In this document: positions 35,235 through 44,771 of the stretch, in pieces
Layout: every line of letters starts with the position of its first letter
How positions within the stretch are numbered: position 1 is the first letter of the stretch
NCBI GenBank assembly: GCA_964403795.1
Contig: CAYOHP010000008.1
Location: 16,987-80,986, forward strand
Length of the DNA stretch: 64,000 nucleotides
Direction of reading: 5' to 3'
Source of the DNA: an uncultured bacterium
Lineage (GTDB): Bacteria; Muiribacteriota; UBA6191; CAZXTJ01; CAYOHP01
Position numbers and translations under genes: made by a program
The notes under the pieces: generated by a model
Told to the model about the DNA's origin: nothing
What the model saw: the letters and a program-made list of their open reading frames with translations, nothing else
The model's database searches: none

Positions 35235-36143
35235 ATGGACGCGCTCCGAGGCCGACGGCTCCTGCCTTCCCTCCTCGCACCGCTCGCGCTGGTCGCCGGC
35301 TGCGCCGCGCCGGGAGGGCCCCCCGGCTCCATGGAGCTCGAACTGGAACTGAGCGACCGGACCTTCTGTCCCTCGGGGCGCCTGATCGAGGGTCCCGCCC
35401 GGAGCGAGCAGATCCGGGCCACGGTACGGGCCCGGGCCCGCCAGGGGACGTTCCGCAGCCCGCCGGAGGCCATGCTGCGGATCGTCCTCTTCCCGGAGGG
35501 AGAACCCCTCCAGGTCCTCCAGCGCGAGGAGGTCCCGGTCCCCGGCGAGATCGGGGGCGACTGGATCCCGCTGGCGATCAAGGCCCCGCTGGTCCCGCCG
35601 CCGCGCCAAGGCAGCTTCGTGGTCCGGGCCTCGCTCGCCGACGGATCCATGGTCGAGGACCGCATCGGGGTCTGGTTCGACGAGCGGGCATGCCCGGAGC
35701 CCGGGAAGGCCGCGGACCCGACCTCGGCGACGACCTCCGACTCGAGCTCGGCGACTCCACCGGTCTCCCGCCCCGCCAGCGGCTTCGCAGACCAGGTACG
35801 GATCGGGATCGAACCGAGCTGGGAGTGCGACGCCGAGGGCGGGGTCCATGATCTGAGGATCCGCGCCCGGGTCGAGAACCACCGGACCCCGGGACGGGCG
35901 GTACTGCTGGGAGCCCTGGAAGCCGAGGGGATCCCGGAGCTCGACGCCTTCTCCCTGGTCGAGGGCCGCCTGGTCTCGGGCTACCTCCAGGTGGGGACCA
36001 CCGCCGTGTTCGAGGCCCACGGCTGGACCGAGGTCGGGGACAACCGCATCGAGGTCCGCCTGTCGCGCTACCCCGACGTGGTCGCGATCGGCGAGTTCGA
36101 GATCGACTGCGGCCCCCCTGGTTTCGCTCCCGACGAGGAGTGA
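35235..36143 (+). CDS. Hypothetical lipoprotein.
   Basis: Signal peptide with lipobox LALVAGCAAP. A GGGAGGGGA RBS precedes ATG 35235. No recognisable domain. Confidence 0.5.
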   Translation: MDALRGRRLLPSLLAPLALVAGCAAPGGPPGSMELELELSDRTFCPSGRLIEGPARSEQIRATVRARARQGTFRSPPEAMLRIVLFPEGEPLQVLQREEVPVPGEIGGDWIPLAIKAPLVPPPRQGSFVVRASLADGSMVEDRIGVWFDERACPEPGKAADPTSATTSDSSSATPPVSRPASGFADQVRIGIEPSWECDAEGGVHDLRIRARVENHRTPGRAVLLGALEAEGIPELDAFSLVEGRLVSGYLQVGTTAVFEAHGWTEVGDNRIEVRLSRYPDVVAIGEFEIDCGPPGFAPDEE

Positions 36144-36229
36144 TTCGCGACCACGGCGCGGCCCACGAATCGAGCGGCCCCCCGGGGAGGATCCCCGGAG
36201 GGCCGCTCGTTCCTCCCTGCCGCCTCGGG

Positions 36230-38098
36230 TCAGGCGGCGCGCCGCTCGGGCCGGGGCGAGACCGGCTCGGACACCTCCTCCCGTTCCGGCTCGGCGGGAC
36301 CGGCCAGGCTACCGACCACCACTTCCTGGGCCTTCACCTTGGCGGCGGCCAGGCCCATGGCGGCGGCCTCGAGGCCCTGCTCGACGATGTTGCCGAGCAG
36401 CGGGTTCCCGTCCTTGAGGCCGGACACGATCTGGCTGACCCCCAGTCCCTGGGCGAAGCGTTCGGTCATGGTGGCCAGGGTGTTGGGATCGCCGAAGATC
36501 TGGAACTGTCCCTGGGCCATGAACTTCCCGAACGCCTCGGCCATGGCGATCCCGACCTCCTTGCTGGCCGACACCTGCAGGCGAGCCAGCTCCAGGTGGA
36601 TGGCCGTCTGCTGGTGGGCATCCTTGGCCTCGAGTTCCTGGCGCAGGACCTCGACCCGCTTGGCCTCGACGCCGACCCGTTCGGTCTCGACCTCGACCGG
36701 GATCATCTCCACGGCCTTCAGGCCCTCGGCCTCCCTCCGTCGGGCCTGCAGGTCGGCCTCGGCGATCCGGACTCGTGCCAGCGCCCGGTTCTCGGCGGCG
36801 AGCTTCTCGGCCTCGGCCTCCCGCACCTTGGTGTAGGCCTCGGCGTCGGCGGCCTTGCGCACCTCGATCAACTGTCGTTCGCCCTCCTGCTCGGCCTGCA
36901 GCACCGCCTTGTCCCGCTCGCGCCGGGCCACCTCGAGGACCGCCGCGGTGATCGCCCGCTCCGCCGCCTCGCGCTCCTTGGCCTCGGCATCCCGCTGGGT
37001 AGCCTCGGCCTCGGCCCGCAGCGCCTCGGCCTGGGCGATCTCGATCTGCTGCTGTCGGAAGGCCAGCTCCAGGGCCTTCTTCTTCTCGATCTCGGCGGTC
37101 TCCCGGGCCTTCTCCTCGGCGACCAGCGCCGCCTCGCGCTGGATCTCGAGGGCACGGAGCGCCCGATCCTTGGCCACCCGTCGGCTCTCGACCTGCTCGG
37201 CCTGGGCGATCTCGAACTCCGAGACTTCCCTCAGCCGCTCGGCCTCCCGGAGCTTCACCTGCGCCTTCTGGTCGGTCTCGGCGAAGGCCCGGGCCCGTTC
37301 CTGCTCGAGCACCCGCTGGCGGGTGACCACGTTCTCCTGGGTCATGGCGATCTCGGCCTGGCGCTCGATCCGGTTCTTGATCACCAGCTGCTCGTTGGTG
37401 ATCTCGGCGGCCTTGCGCAGGCCCTGGGCGTCGAAGACGTTGTCCTTCTTCAGGAGCTTCACGTCGGTCTGGTCGAGCTGCGAGATGGTGACGGTCTCCA
37501 GGATGAACCCGTTGGGACGGATGTCCTTGGCGATGGCGTCCTGCACCCGGGCCGCGAACTCGTCGCGGTTCTGGTGCAGCTCGTTGAGCTCCATGGTGGC
37601 GGCCACGGTCCGGAGCGCCGAGACCAGCTTCTCGAGGAGCCGCTCCTTGATCTTGGCGGGATGGGCTGCGTCCCGGCCGAGGGTGGTGGCGGCGGCCTTC
37701 ACGCCCTCGTCGTTCTTGTTGACCCGGATGAAGAACTCCGCCGAGACGTCGACCCGGAGGAAGTCCTTGCAGATCAGGGCGTCGGGCCCCTGGCGGACCA
37801 CCTGCAGGTTCATGGTCTCCAGCAGCACCCGGGTCAGCTCGTGGAAGCCGGGGACGACCAGGGCGCCGCCGTCGATGATGACGGTGGGCTTGCCCCAGCC
37901 GGTCCGGAAGAACGACTCGTTGGCCGAGGTGCGGACGTAGAGGTTGGTGTAGACGAGCACCGCGGTGCCGAGCAGGGCCAGCACCAGGCCGGCGGTGCCG
38001 AGGACCGCGCCGCCCAGGGCGTCACGGGGGGCCAGCGACATGCCGCCCACCATCAGCGCCAGGGAGACGAGAAGCCAGAGAGGGACGAGGAGTCCCAT
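36230..38098 (-). CDS. Flotillin/SPFH (band-7) family protein, YqiK/FloT-like, with a long Ala/Glu/Arg/Lys coiled-coil region.
   Basis: N-terminal membrane hairpin. The SPFH core reads ICKDFLRVDVSAEFFIRVN...LNELHQNRDEFAARVQDAI. The EA-rich coiled coil and the C-terminal flotillin tail follow. ATG at 38096-38098. Confidence 0.8.
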   Translation of the reverse strand: MGLLVPLWLLVSLALMVGGMSLAPRDALGGAVLGTAGLVLALLGTAVLVYTNLYVRTSANESFFRTGWGKPTVIIDGGALVVPGFHELTRVLLETMNLQVVRQGPDALICKDFLRVDVSAEFFIRVNKNDEGVKAAATTLGRDAAHPAKIKERLLEKLVSALRTVAATMELNELHQNRDEFAARVQDAIAKDIRPNGFILETVTISQLDQTDVKLLKKDNVFDAQGLRKAAEITNEQLVIKNRIERQAEIAMTQENVVTRQRVLEQERARAFAETDQKAQVKLREAERLREVSEFEIAQAEQVESRRVAKDRALRALEIQREAALVAEEKARETAEIEKKKALELAFRQQQIEIAQAEALRAEAEATQRDAEAKEREAAERAITAAVLEVARRERDKAVLQAEQEGERQLIEVRKAADAEAYTKVREAEAEKLAAENRALARVRIAEADLQARRREAEGLKAVEMIPVEVETERVGVEAKRVEVLRQELEAKDAHQQTAIHLELARLQVSASKEVGIAMAEAFGKFMAQGQFQIFGDPNTLATMTERFAQGLGVSQIVSGLKDGNPLLGNIVEQGLEAAAMGLAAAKVKAQEVVVGSLAGPAEPEREEVSEPVSPRPERRAA

Positions 38099-38173
38099 GG
38101 GAGATCCGTCCTTTCGAGGTCGAGGAGTGGTCGAGAAGGGAGAGCCTGTGAACCTGTCCACGCCCTGCGGGCG

Positions 38174-38926
38174 TCACGGCCTCACGTCTTCAGGACACAC
38201 CTCCACTTCGAAGTTCCCGCGGCGGGGATCCCAGACCACCAGGATCACGGGGGTCCCTGCCGGCATCGGATCCGGACCGATGTTCAACGCCTGGTACTGG
38301 AGCTGGTTGCCATGCGGGTCGGCAACCCGCACCACGCCTTGCCGTCCCGGCTCGATGGGGTAGAGGGCCTCCCCGATCCGACCGAGCAGGTCCCGGTCCC
38401 GGACGCCGTGGGTCTCGGTCTTCGGCAGCCATCGCACCGCCATCGCAGCCACGGTCCGGCTGGCCAGCGCGCTCGCCAGGCCCGCCAGCGCAGCCGAGAT
38501 CGGGAAGAAGGCGACCGGGGAGACGAGCGCGGGAGCCAGGACCGCATTGGCGACCCAGCCGGTCATCCCCCAGACGAAGCAGAGGGTGGTGAGCAGCAGG
38601 GCGAGCGGAGCCTTGCCGATGCCCAACGCCGCCAGCGCCCCGGAGACGAGGACGGCAGGGAGGTGCGGGCCGGAACCGGCCGGAGCCACCTCGGCGGCCA
38701 CGATCTCGCCATCGAGGTCGGCGTCGAGTTCCCCGGCAGCCCCGTCGCCGGCGACCTCCAGGTCGCCCGCGTCCGCGCCCACCTCCACGTCCCCGGCCCC
38801 GGCGTCGACCTCGGTCTGCCCCTGGTCGTCGAACCCCACGGCCTGGAGGACCAGGAAGACGCCTCCCATGCCGAAGGGGACGAGGAAGACGAGGTTCCAC
38901 CAGGCGAGAGGATGGTTCGTGGGCAT
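38174..38926 (-). CDS. NfeD-like / YqiJ-type membrane protein, the partner of the flotillin.
   Basis: Polytopic N-terminal half with an acidic Asp/Gly-rich loop. The C-terminal OB-fold-like soluble domain reads GRIGEALYPIEPGRQGVVRVADPHGNQLQYQALNIGPDPMPAGTPVILVVWDPRRGNFEV, typical of NfeD. It is immediately upstream of the flotillin gene, as in yqiJ-yqiK. Confidence 0.65.
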   Translation of the reverse strand: MPTNHPLAWWNLVFLVPFGMGGVFLVLQAVGFDDQGQTEVDAGAGDVEVGADAGDLEVAGDGAAGELDADLDGEIVAAEVAPAGSGPHLPAVLVSGALAALGIGKAPLALLLTTLCFVWGMTGWVANAVLAPALVSPVAFFPISAALAGLASALASRTVAAMAVRWLPKTETHGVRDRDLLGRIGEALYPIEPGRQGVVRVADPHGNQLQYQALNIGPDPMPAGTPVILVVWDPRRGNFEVEVCPEDVRP

Positions 38927-39128
38927 GGCCGCCGTTTCCCCGGGCCTTTCGTCGGTCCGGTATCCAGGCGGCCTCAACGTCCTGTCCGCTCGCCGGCCAT
39001 GCCCCGCACTCCGCAACCGGGCCCGGACGGTGCCGCACATGTGTCGACCCGGCAGGCCGGGAAGCGTCCTCATCCCGCGAGCGCGACCTCGCGTGCTCCC
39101 ATGGGGAGGACGCACGAGGAGGCGCGGC

Positions 39129-39779
39129 ATGCTCCGGCGGTATCCCTGGACCCTGGCGATCGTGATCGGTGGTTGGCTGGCGGCGGGACCGCTCCGGGCC
39201 GGGATCGAGGACAACGTCGAGGGCCTCGCCGACCTGCGCGCCGAGATCATGACCAAGGTCCGGAGCAACGAGCTCAAGACCGCGGGCCCCTGGAACCTGA
39301 AGTACGTCGGTCCCCTGCCCCAGGGCGCGCTGGTGTTCCTGAAGGCGCTCCCGGAAGCCGCCTTCCAGACCAGGCCCACCGCCGCCGACGGCTACGAGGT
39401 CCGCCTCAAGGACTCGAAGGCCCTCTTCACCAAGGTGACCGGCGAGCTGCGTCCGATCGGCGTCTCGATCACCAAGACCCTCGAAGGGCCCGGCCTCGGG
39501 CGGGTGTACGTCACCTTCCAGACCAAGGGCGGGAAAACCCTGGACCTCGAGAAGCTCTTCAAGGCGGGCATGATCCGCGACATCGAGTGGTCGGACCGGG
39601 ACGCCGTCTCCTTCATCGGCTACGTCGGCAAGGAGGCCGGCTTCGAGCGCAAGCTGGGCCACGGCGACACCCCGGTGCGCATCAAGCTCACCCTCCAGGA
39701 GGAGGGCGACCTCTACACCTTCACCGAGTGGCTGCCCCGACTGGGCGTCGAGCCGGAGGCCGCCGAGTCGCTCTGGTAG
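39129..39779 (+). CDS. Hypothetical secreted protein.
   Basis: Signal peptide (YPWTLAIVIGGWLAAGPLRAG) and a GAGGAGG RBS before ATG 39129. The product is 216 aa. It is the C-terminal part of the 410-aa ORF 38547..39779. Confidence 0.5.
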   Translation: MLRRYPWTLAIVIGGWLAAGPLRAGIEDNVEGLADLRAEIMTKVRSNELKTAGPWNLKYVGPLPQGALVFLKALPEAAFQTRPTAADGYEVRLKDSKALFTKVTGELRPIGVSITKTLEGPGLGRVYVTFQTKGGKTLDLEKLFKAGMIRDIEWSDRDAVSFIGYVGKEAGFERKLGHGDTPVRIKLTLQEEGDLYTFTEWLPRLGVEPEAAESLW

Positions 39780-39845
39780 ACCCGGGTCGGGTCTCCGGGA
39801 GACCGTTCCGCAGGACGGCCCGCGACCGGGCTTCCCGGCGCCGGA

Positions 39846-41132
39846 TCACGCCTCGATGCGTTCGATCGAACCGCCCAGGCCGAGGATCTTCTTGTCGAGG
39901 TTCTCGTAGCCCCGGTCGATCTGCTGGATGTTGGAGATGACGGTCTCGCCGCGGGCGCACAGGCCGGCCAGCACCATGGCGATGCCGGCCCGGATGTCGG
40001 GGCTCTCGACCCGCTGGCCGTAGAGTCGGCTGGGACCGACCACCACGGCACGGTGGGGATCGCAGAGCACGATCCTCGCTCCCATGCTCTGGAGCCGGTC
40101 GGTGAAGTAGAGCCGGCTCTCGAACATCTTCTCGTGGACCAGGACCGTACCCCTCGCCTGGGTCGCCACCACCAGGGCGATCGGCATCAGGTCGCTGGGG
40201 AAGGCCGGCCAGATCCCGTCGTCGAGCTTGGGGACCGCGCCATGCATGTCGGTCTTCACCTCGAGCTCCTGGCCCCCCGGCACCAGCAGATCGCCGTCCC
40301 GGAACCGCATCCGCACCCCGAGACGCCCCAGGCCGATCTCGATCATGCGGAAGTCGTCGGGACGCACGTCCTTGATCAGCACCTCGCCGCCGGTGATCAC
40401 CGCCGCGGCCACCCAGGAGCCGGCCTCGATGTAGTCGCTCCCGAGCCGGAACCTGCCACCCGAGAGCGACTCCACGCCTTGGATCTCGAGGGTCCCGGTG
40501 CCGACTCCGCCGATCTTCGCCCCCAGTCCGTTCAGGAACCGGCACAGGTCCTGGACATGGGGCTCCTGGGCGGCATTGAGGAGCCGGGTCGTACCCCGGG
40601 CCAGGGCCGCAGCCATGACGGCGTTCTCGGTGGCCGTCACCGAGGCCTCGTCGAGGAAGATCTCGGCGCCCTGCAGACCCTGGGCCGCCTCCACGTCATA
40701 GCTCCCGTTGACCTCGACGGTGGCGCCCAGCCGCTCGAAGGCGAAGAAGTGGGTATCCACCCGGCGGCGCCCGATCACGTCTCCCCCGGGAGGAGGCAGC
40801 TTGGCCCGGCCGGTCCGGGCCAGCAGCGGTCCCGCCACCAGGATCGAAGCCCGGATTCGGGCGCCGAGCGCCTTGTCCACCTCGGAAGTCCTGAGGTCGG
40901 CGGCCTTCACCTTGACCGAACCGTCGAGCTGGCGGGTGACCTCGGCCCCCAGCTGCCGGAGCACGTCCATCATCACCTCGACGTCGCGGATCCGGGGGAC
41001 GTTCTCGAGGACGATCTCCTGGTCCGAGAGGATGCAGGCCGCCAGGATGGGCAGGGCTGCGTTCTTGTTCCCGCCCGGGGTGACCTCTCCGGAGAGGGTG
41101 CGCCCGCCGCGCACCAGGTATCGGGACGACAT
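39846..41132 (-). CDS. murA: UDP-N-acetylglucosamine 1-carboxyvinyltransferase.
   Basis: Full-length match to the MurA/EPSP fold: GGNKNAALPILAACIL, KLPPPGGDVIGRRRVDTH, and the catalytic-Cys-region equivalents. ATG at 41130-41132 (MSSRYLVRGG). Confidence 0.9.
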   Translation of the reverse strand: MSSRYLVRGGRTLSGEVTPGGNKNAALPILAACILSDQEIVLENVPRIRDVEVMMDVLRQLGAEVTRQLDGSVKVKAADLRTSEVDKALGARIRASILVAGPLLARTGRAKLPPPGGDVIGRRRVDTHFFAFERLGATVEVNGSYDVEAAQGLQGAEIFLDEASVTATENAVMAAALARGTTRLLNAAQEPHVQDLCRFLNGLGAKIGGVGTGTLEIQGVESLSGGRFRLGSDYIEAGSWVAAAVITGGEVLIKDVRPDDFRMIEIGLGRLGVRMRFRDGDLLVPGGQELEVKTDMHGAVPKLDDGIWPAFPSDLMPIALVVATQARGTVLVHEKMFESRLYFTDRLQSMGARIVLCDPHRAVVVGPSRLYGQRVESPDIRAGIAMVLAGLCARGETVISNIQQIDRGYENLDKKILGLGGSIERIEA

Positions 41133-41348
41133 CAGAGATCCTCCCCACGCATGGCGTGACCCGCTCATTCTAGCGCCGATCCCCGGGGCTTTTGTACTTC
41201 CTCGTGCCCCGAGGGCGCTCCTGAAGTCGATCCTAGAGGATGGAGCCTTCCCGAAGCGATCCCTCCTCCGGCGCCACGGCCACGGTTTGGATCCGCGCCC
41301 GGAGCGGGCTACCTTGGAGAAGTCCAGCCCCGAGCGGAAGGATCCCCG

Positions 41349-41681
41349 ATGCAGACCGTGCGGAAGACCACCGGCGCGAGGAAGCGGACCGCCAGGCTGG
41401 TCCTGGCGATCGCGATCGCCACCATGCCGCTGACCACCGGCTGCCAGATCATGTCCATGCTGGGTCCCCTGATGTCGGTCTTCAGCGGACTCTCGGGCCT
41501 CTTCAAGGGTGCCGGCGGCGGCGCGGCGGCGGCCGCGGCCCCCCAGACCAACGCCACCCCGCCGGCCGCCCAGAACGCCTCGCTGTTGAAGCTCACGGCG
41601 ACCGACCCGAGCGACCCCAGCAAGGTCGGCGGCAAAGGTACCGGGACCGAACCCGGCAAGGACACGCTGGCCGGCAAGTAG
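41349..41681 (+). CDS. Small hypothetical lipoprotein, Ala/Gly-rich.
   Basis: Lipobox LTTGCQ after a basic N-terminus. 110 aa. Low-complexity, so the coding call is tentative. Confidence 0.35.
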   Translation: MQTVRKTTGARKRTARLVLAIAIATMPLTTGCQIMSMLGPLMSVFSGLSGLFKGAGGGAAAAAAPQTNATPPAAQNASLLKLTATDPSDPSKVGGKGTGTEPGKDTLAGK

Positions 41682-41755
41682 GGGTCTCCCCCCGAGCCCA
41701 CCAGCCTCCCGCCCAGGGCGTCCCCCCGCACCGGAGTGGTAGCGTTCCCGACCTC

Positions 41756-42775
41756 ATGCGGGTTCTGGTAGTCCGCCCCGATCGGATCGGCGACCTGGTG
41801 CTTACGCTCCCGAGCGTCGAGGCCCTGCGTCGCGCCCTGCCGGAGGCCCGGATCGAGGCCCTGCTGGCTCCCCGGGTGAGCGGCCTGGCCGCCTGCATCC
41901 CGGCGTTCGACGGGGCGGTCGAGGACCCGGGTGGCCTGCTCTCGCTGGCGGGTAGGCTCCGGGACCAGGCCTACGACCTGGCGGCCTTCCCCTACGCGAG
42001 CTTCCGCCACGTCGCGGCCGCGGCCCTCGCCGGGATCCCCCGGAGGATCGGCAATGGGCTGAGAGCCTTCTCCCCCCTCTTCACCGATCGGGTCCGGGTG
42101 CACCGTTCCCGGCCCCCCCTGCACGAGGCCGTCTACTGCCTCAGGCTGCTGGAACCGCTCGGGATCGAGCCTCCCGCCGGCCTGCCGGCGCCCTCGCGCC
42201 TGGTGGCGCCACCCGAGGCCGAGCAGGCGGCCGACGCCCTGCTGCCGCGCCGGGAGACGGGGAGGACGCCGGTGGTCGTGGTCCATCCCGGAGGCGGTGG
42301 CAGCGCGGGGCGTCCCGCGCCCGCGGAGTTCGCCCGGTTCGCACGCAGCGCGGCCCTTTCGGCCTTCCCCCAGGGCCATGGGATCGTGGTGACCGCGGGT
42401 CCCGGCGAGGAGGCCCTGGCCGACCAGGTGGCGCACCTCGCCGGCGCCCGACGCCTGGCCCCGATCCCTGACCTGGCGGTGCTCACCGCCATGCTGGGCC
42501 GGGCCGATCTCTTCCTGGCGGGCTCCACCGGACCGCTCCACCTGGCGGCCGCCGCGGGCGCCCCGGTGCTCGGCTTCTACCCCTGGAAGGCGAGCCAGCA
42601 GGCCGATCGCTGGCGACCCCTGGGCTCCCGGGTGGCGGTGCTCTCGCCCGACCGGGACGGTTGCCGGGCCTGCCGGGACGCCACCTGCGAGGCCCCGGAG
42701 TGCTTCGTCCGGATCACCGACGAGGCCGTCCGCGCCGGCGCCCTGGCCGCCACCCGGGCCGAGGCACCGGCATGA
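41756..42775 (+). CDS. ADP-heptose:LPS heptosyltransferase (GT9 family), copy 1.
   Basis: N-terminal MRVLVVRPDRIGDLVLTLPSVEALRRALP and the C-terminal GSTGPLHLAAAAGAPVLGFY block are GT9 (RfaC/RfaF/RfaQ) hallmarks. Confidence 0.75.
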   Translation: MRVLVVRPDRIGDLVLTLPSVEALRRALPEARIEALLAPRVSGLAACIPAFDGAVEDPGGLLSLAGRLRDQAYDLAAFPYASFRHVAAAALAGIPRRIGNGLRAFSPLFTDRVRVHRSRPPLHEAVYCLRLLEPLGIEPPAGLPAPSRLVAPPEAEQAADALLPRRETGRTPVVVVHPGGGGSAGRPAPAEFARFARSAALSAFPQGHGIVVTAGPGEEALADQVAHLAGARRLAPIPDLAVLTAMLGRADLFLAGSTGPLHLAAAAGAPVLGFYPWKASQQADRWRPLGSRVAVLSPDRDGCRACRDATCEAPECFVRITDEAVRAGALAATRAEAPA

Positions 42776-43587
42776 CCCGTCCCCGGCTCACGGTCACGGT
42801 GATCACCCTCGACGAGGAGCGCAACCTGCCGCGCTGCCTGGCCTCGGTCGAGGGCCTCGCCGACGAGATCGTGGTGGTCGACTCCGGCTCCCGCGACCGC
42901 ACCCGCCAGGTCGCCGAGGCCTTCGGGGCCCGTTTCCTGGAGAACCCCTGGCCAGGCCACAAGGAACAGAAGCAGCTCGCCGTCGACCGTGCCGGCAACG
43001 ACTGGATCCTCTCGCTCGACGCCGACGAGTGGATCACCCCTGAGCTCCGCGCCGAGATCTCCACCCTGCTCGACTCCGATCCTGGGCCGGCCAGCTACGC
43101 CATCAACCGGGTGACCAAGTTCATGGGCCGATTCATGTGGCACTGCTGGCAGCCGGACTGGAACGCCCGCCTGTTCCACCGCTCGGTCGCCTACTGGGGC
43201 GGAGTGAATCCCCACGACCACGTCCACCGCTTCGACGGCGGCGAGCACGCCCGACTCTCGGAGCCCTTCTTCCACGACAGCTACCAGTCCATCGCCCAGT
43301 ACCTCGATCGCATGAACCGCTACACCTCGATCGCGGCCGACGCCCCCGAGGCCAAGCGCTTCCGCTGGTTCAAGCTGGTGGTCAGCCCGATCGCCGGCTT
43401 CCTCAAGATCTACGTGATGCGGCGGGGCTTCCTGGACGGGCTCCACGGGTTCGTGCTCTCGGTCTACGCCGCCACCTACGGGTTCTCGAAGTACGCCAAG
43501 CTCTGGGAGAAGCAGCTCGGCACGCCCGACCCGGATCCGGGCGGCCCCTTTCCCGATGCCGCCTCCGTACTCGAGAGACGCCGATGA
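42772..43587 (+). CDS. Glycosyltransferase family 2 (LPS-core type).
   Basis: LTVTVITLDEERNLPRCLASV...VVVDSGSRDRT...SLDADEW has the GT2 DxD/ED architecture. The ATG overlaps the upstream stop (ATGA). Confidence 0.75.
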   Translation: MTRPRLTVTVITLDEERNLPRCLASVEGLADEIVVVDSGSRDRTRQVAEAFGARFLENPWPGHKEQKQLAVDRAGNDWILSLDADEWITPELRAEISTLLDSDPGPASYAINRVTKFMGRFMWHCWQPDWNARLFHRSVAYWGGVNPHDHVHRFDGGEHARLSEPFFHDSYQSIAQYLDRMNRYTSIAADAPEAKRFRWFKLVVSPIAGFLKIYVMRRGFLDGLHGFVLSVYAATYGFSKYAKLWEKQLGTPDPDPGGPFPDAASVLERRR

Positions 43588-44771
43588 CGGGGGAAGGTCG
43601 GGAGCCGCGCCCCGGCATGGTCCCGCGGACCCCGGCCGGCCTCCCCCGCCGCCACGCCCCGGAACGCATCCTCCTGATCCGGCTCTCGGCCCTGGGGGAC
43701 GTGCTGGTCACCCTGCCGCTGCTGCGCCGTCTCCGGGAGGAGCTGCCCGGGACCCGGATCGACTTCGCCGTCCAGGACGAACTGGCGCCGCTCCTGCTAG
43801 GACATCCCGACCTCGACGGCGTGGTGTCGATCCCGGTCCGCGCCCTGGGCCGGCTGCTGGCGCGGCCTTGGCGCTGGCCCGAGGCCCTCTCGAGGCTGGG
43901 CGCACTCCGGCGGCGGCTGGCCGGGCCGGGGTACGACTGCGTGCTCGACGCCCACGGCAACCTGAAGTCGGCGCTGGTGGCGCGCCTCAGCGGTGCCCCG
44001 CGGATCCTCGGACCGGCACCGGGAGAAGGGCGCGAGGGCAACGCCCTCTGGACCACCGAGCGCCCCCGGCGTCCCGCCTCGACCCGTCGCCACCGGTCGG
44101 AGCGCGCCCTGGCCCTCCTCTCGCCGCTCGGGTTCGAGCCGCGCTGGGCCGCGCCGCGACTGCCGGCGTTCCCCTCGGATTGGGCAGACCGCGCCCTGGC
44201 GGCAGCTCATGGGGAGGGACCCCCGGTCCTGCTCCATCCCGGCACCAGCCCCCGGGCTCCCCACAAGCGCTGGCCGGCGGAACGTTTCGGCGCCCTGGCA
44301 GCGAGGCTGGCGGGGGCGGGGGCCAGGGTGCTGGTGGTCGGCGGGCCCGGCGAGGACGACCTGGTGGCCGAGGCGGTGGCCGCCTCCCGCGGGACCGCCG
44401 GTGCGCTCCCCCGGCCGCCCGGCCTGCCCGAACTCGGCGCCCTGGTGGCCCGCGCCCGCCTCTTCGTGGGCGCCGACTCGGGACCTGCCCACCTGGCCGA
44501 GGCCTGCGGGATCCCCACCCTGGCCCTCTTCGGTCCCAAGGATCCGACCCTCTACGGGCCCCGTCGTGGGCTCTCCGTGCGGGTCGACGTGCCCTGCGGA
44601 CCCTGCGGCCTGAGGCGCTGCCCCCTCCCCCGGCTGGCCTGCATGGAGGACCTCTCCCTGGAGGCGGTGGCCGCCGCCGCGGTCGGGATGCTAGAAGGGA
44701 GTCTGCCGAAGGCCGTCGGACGGCAGGGACCGGTCAGGATCCTGGTCGAACCGGCGAGGAGGCGCGAGTGA
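43584..44771 (+). CDS. ADP-heptose:LPS heptosyltransferase (GT9 family), copy 2.
   Basis: ILLIRLSALGDVLVTLPLLRRLREELPGTRIDF and VGADSGPAHLAEACGIPTLALFGP. The ATG overlaps the upstream stop (ATGA). Confidence 0.75.
   Translation: MTGEGREPRPGMVPRTPAGLPRRHAPERILLIRLSALGDVLVTLPLLRRLREELPGTRIDFAVQDELAPLLLGHPDLDGVVSIPVRALGRLLARPWRWPEALSRLGALRRRLAGPGYDCVLDAHGNLKSALVARLSGAPRILGPAPGEGREGNALWTTERPRRPASTRRHRSERALALLSPLGFEPRWAAPRLPAFPSDWADRALAAAHGEGPPVLLHPGTSPRAPHKRWPAERFGALAARLAGAGARVLVVGGPGEDDLVAEAVAASRGTAGALPRPPGLPELGALVARARLFVGADSGPAHLAEACGIPTLALFGPKDPTLYGPRRGLSVRVDVPCGPCGLRRCPLPRLACMEDLSLEAVAAAAVGMLEGSLPKAVGRQGPVRILVEPARRRE

Noticed and set aside
36140-39940. 1266-aa plus-strand ORF across the flotillin/NfeD region.
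   Set aside because: The composition is dominated by G/L/D/P/R with no domain signatures. It is antisense to the flotillin and NfeD genes and overlaps the credible secreted protein gene (39129-39779), which is in a different frame.
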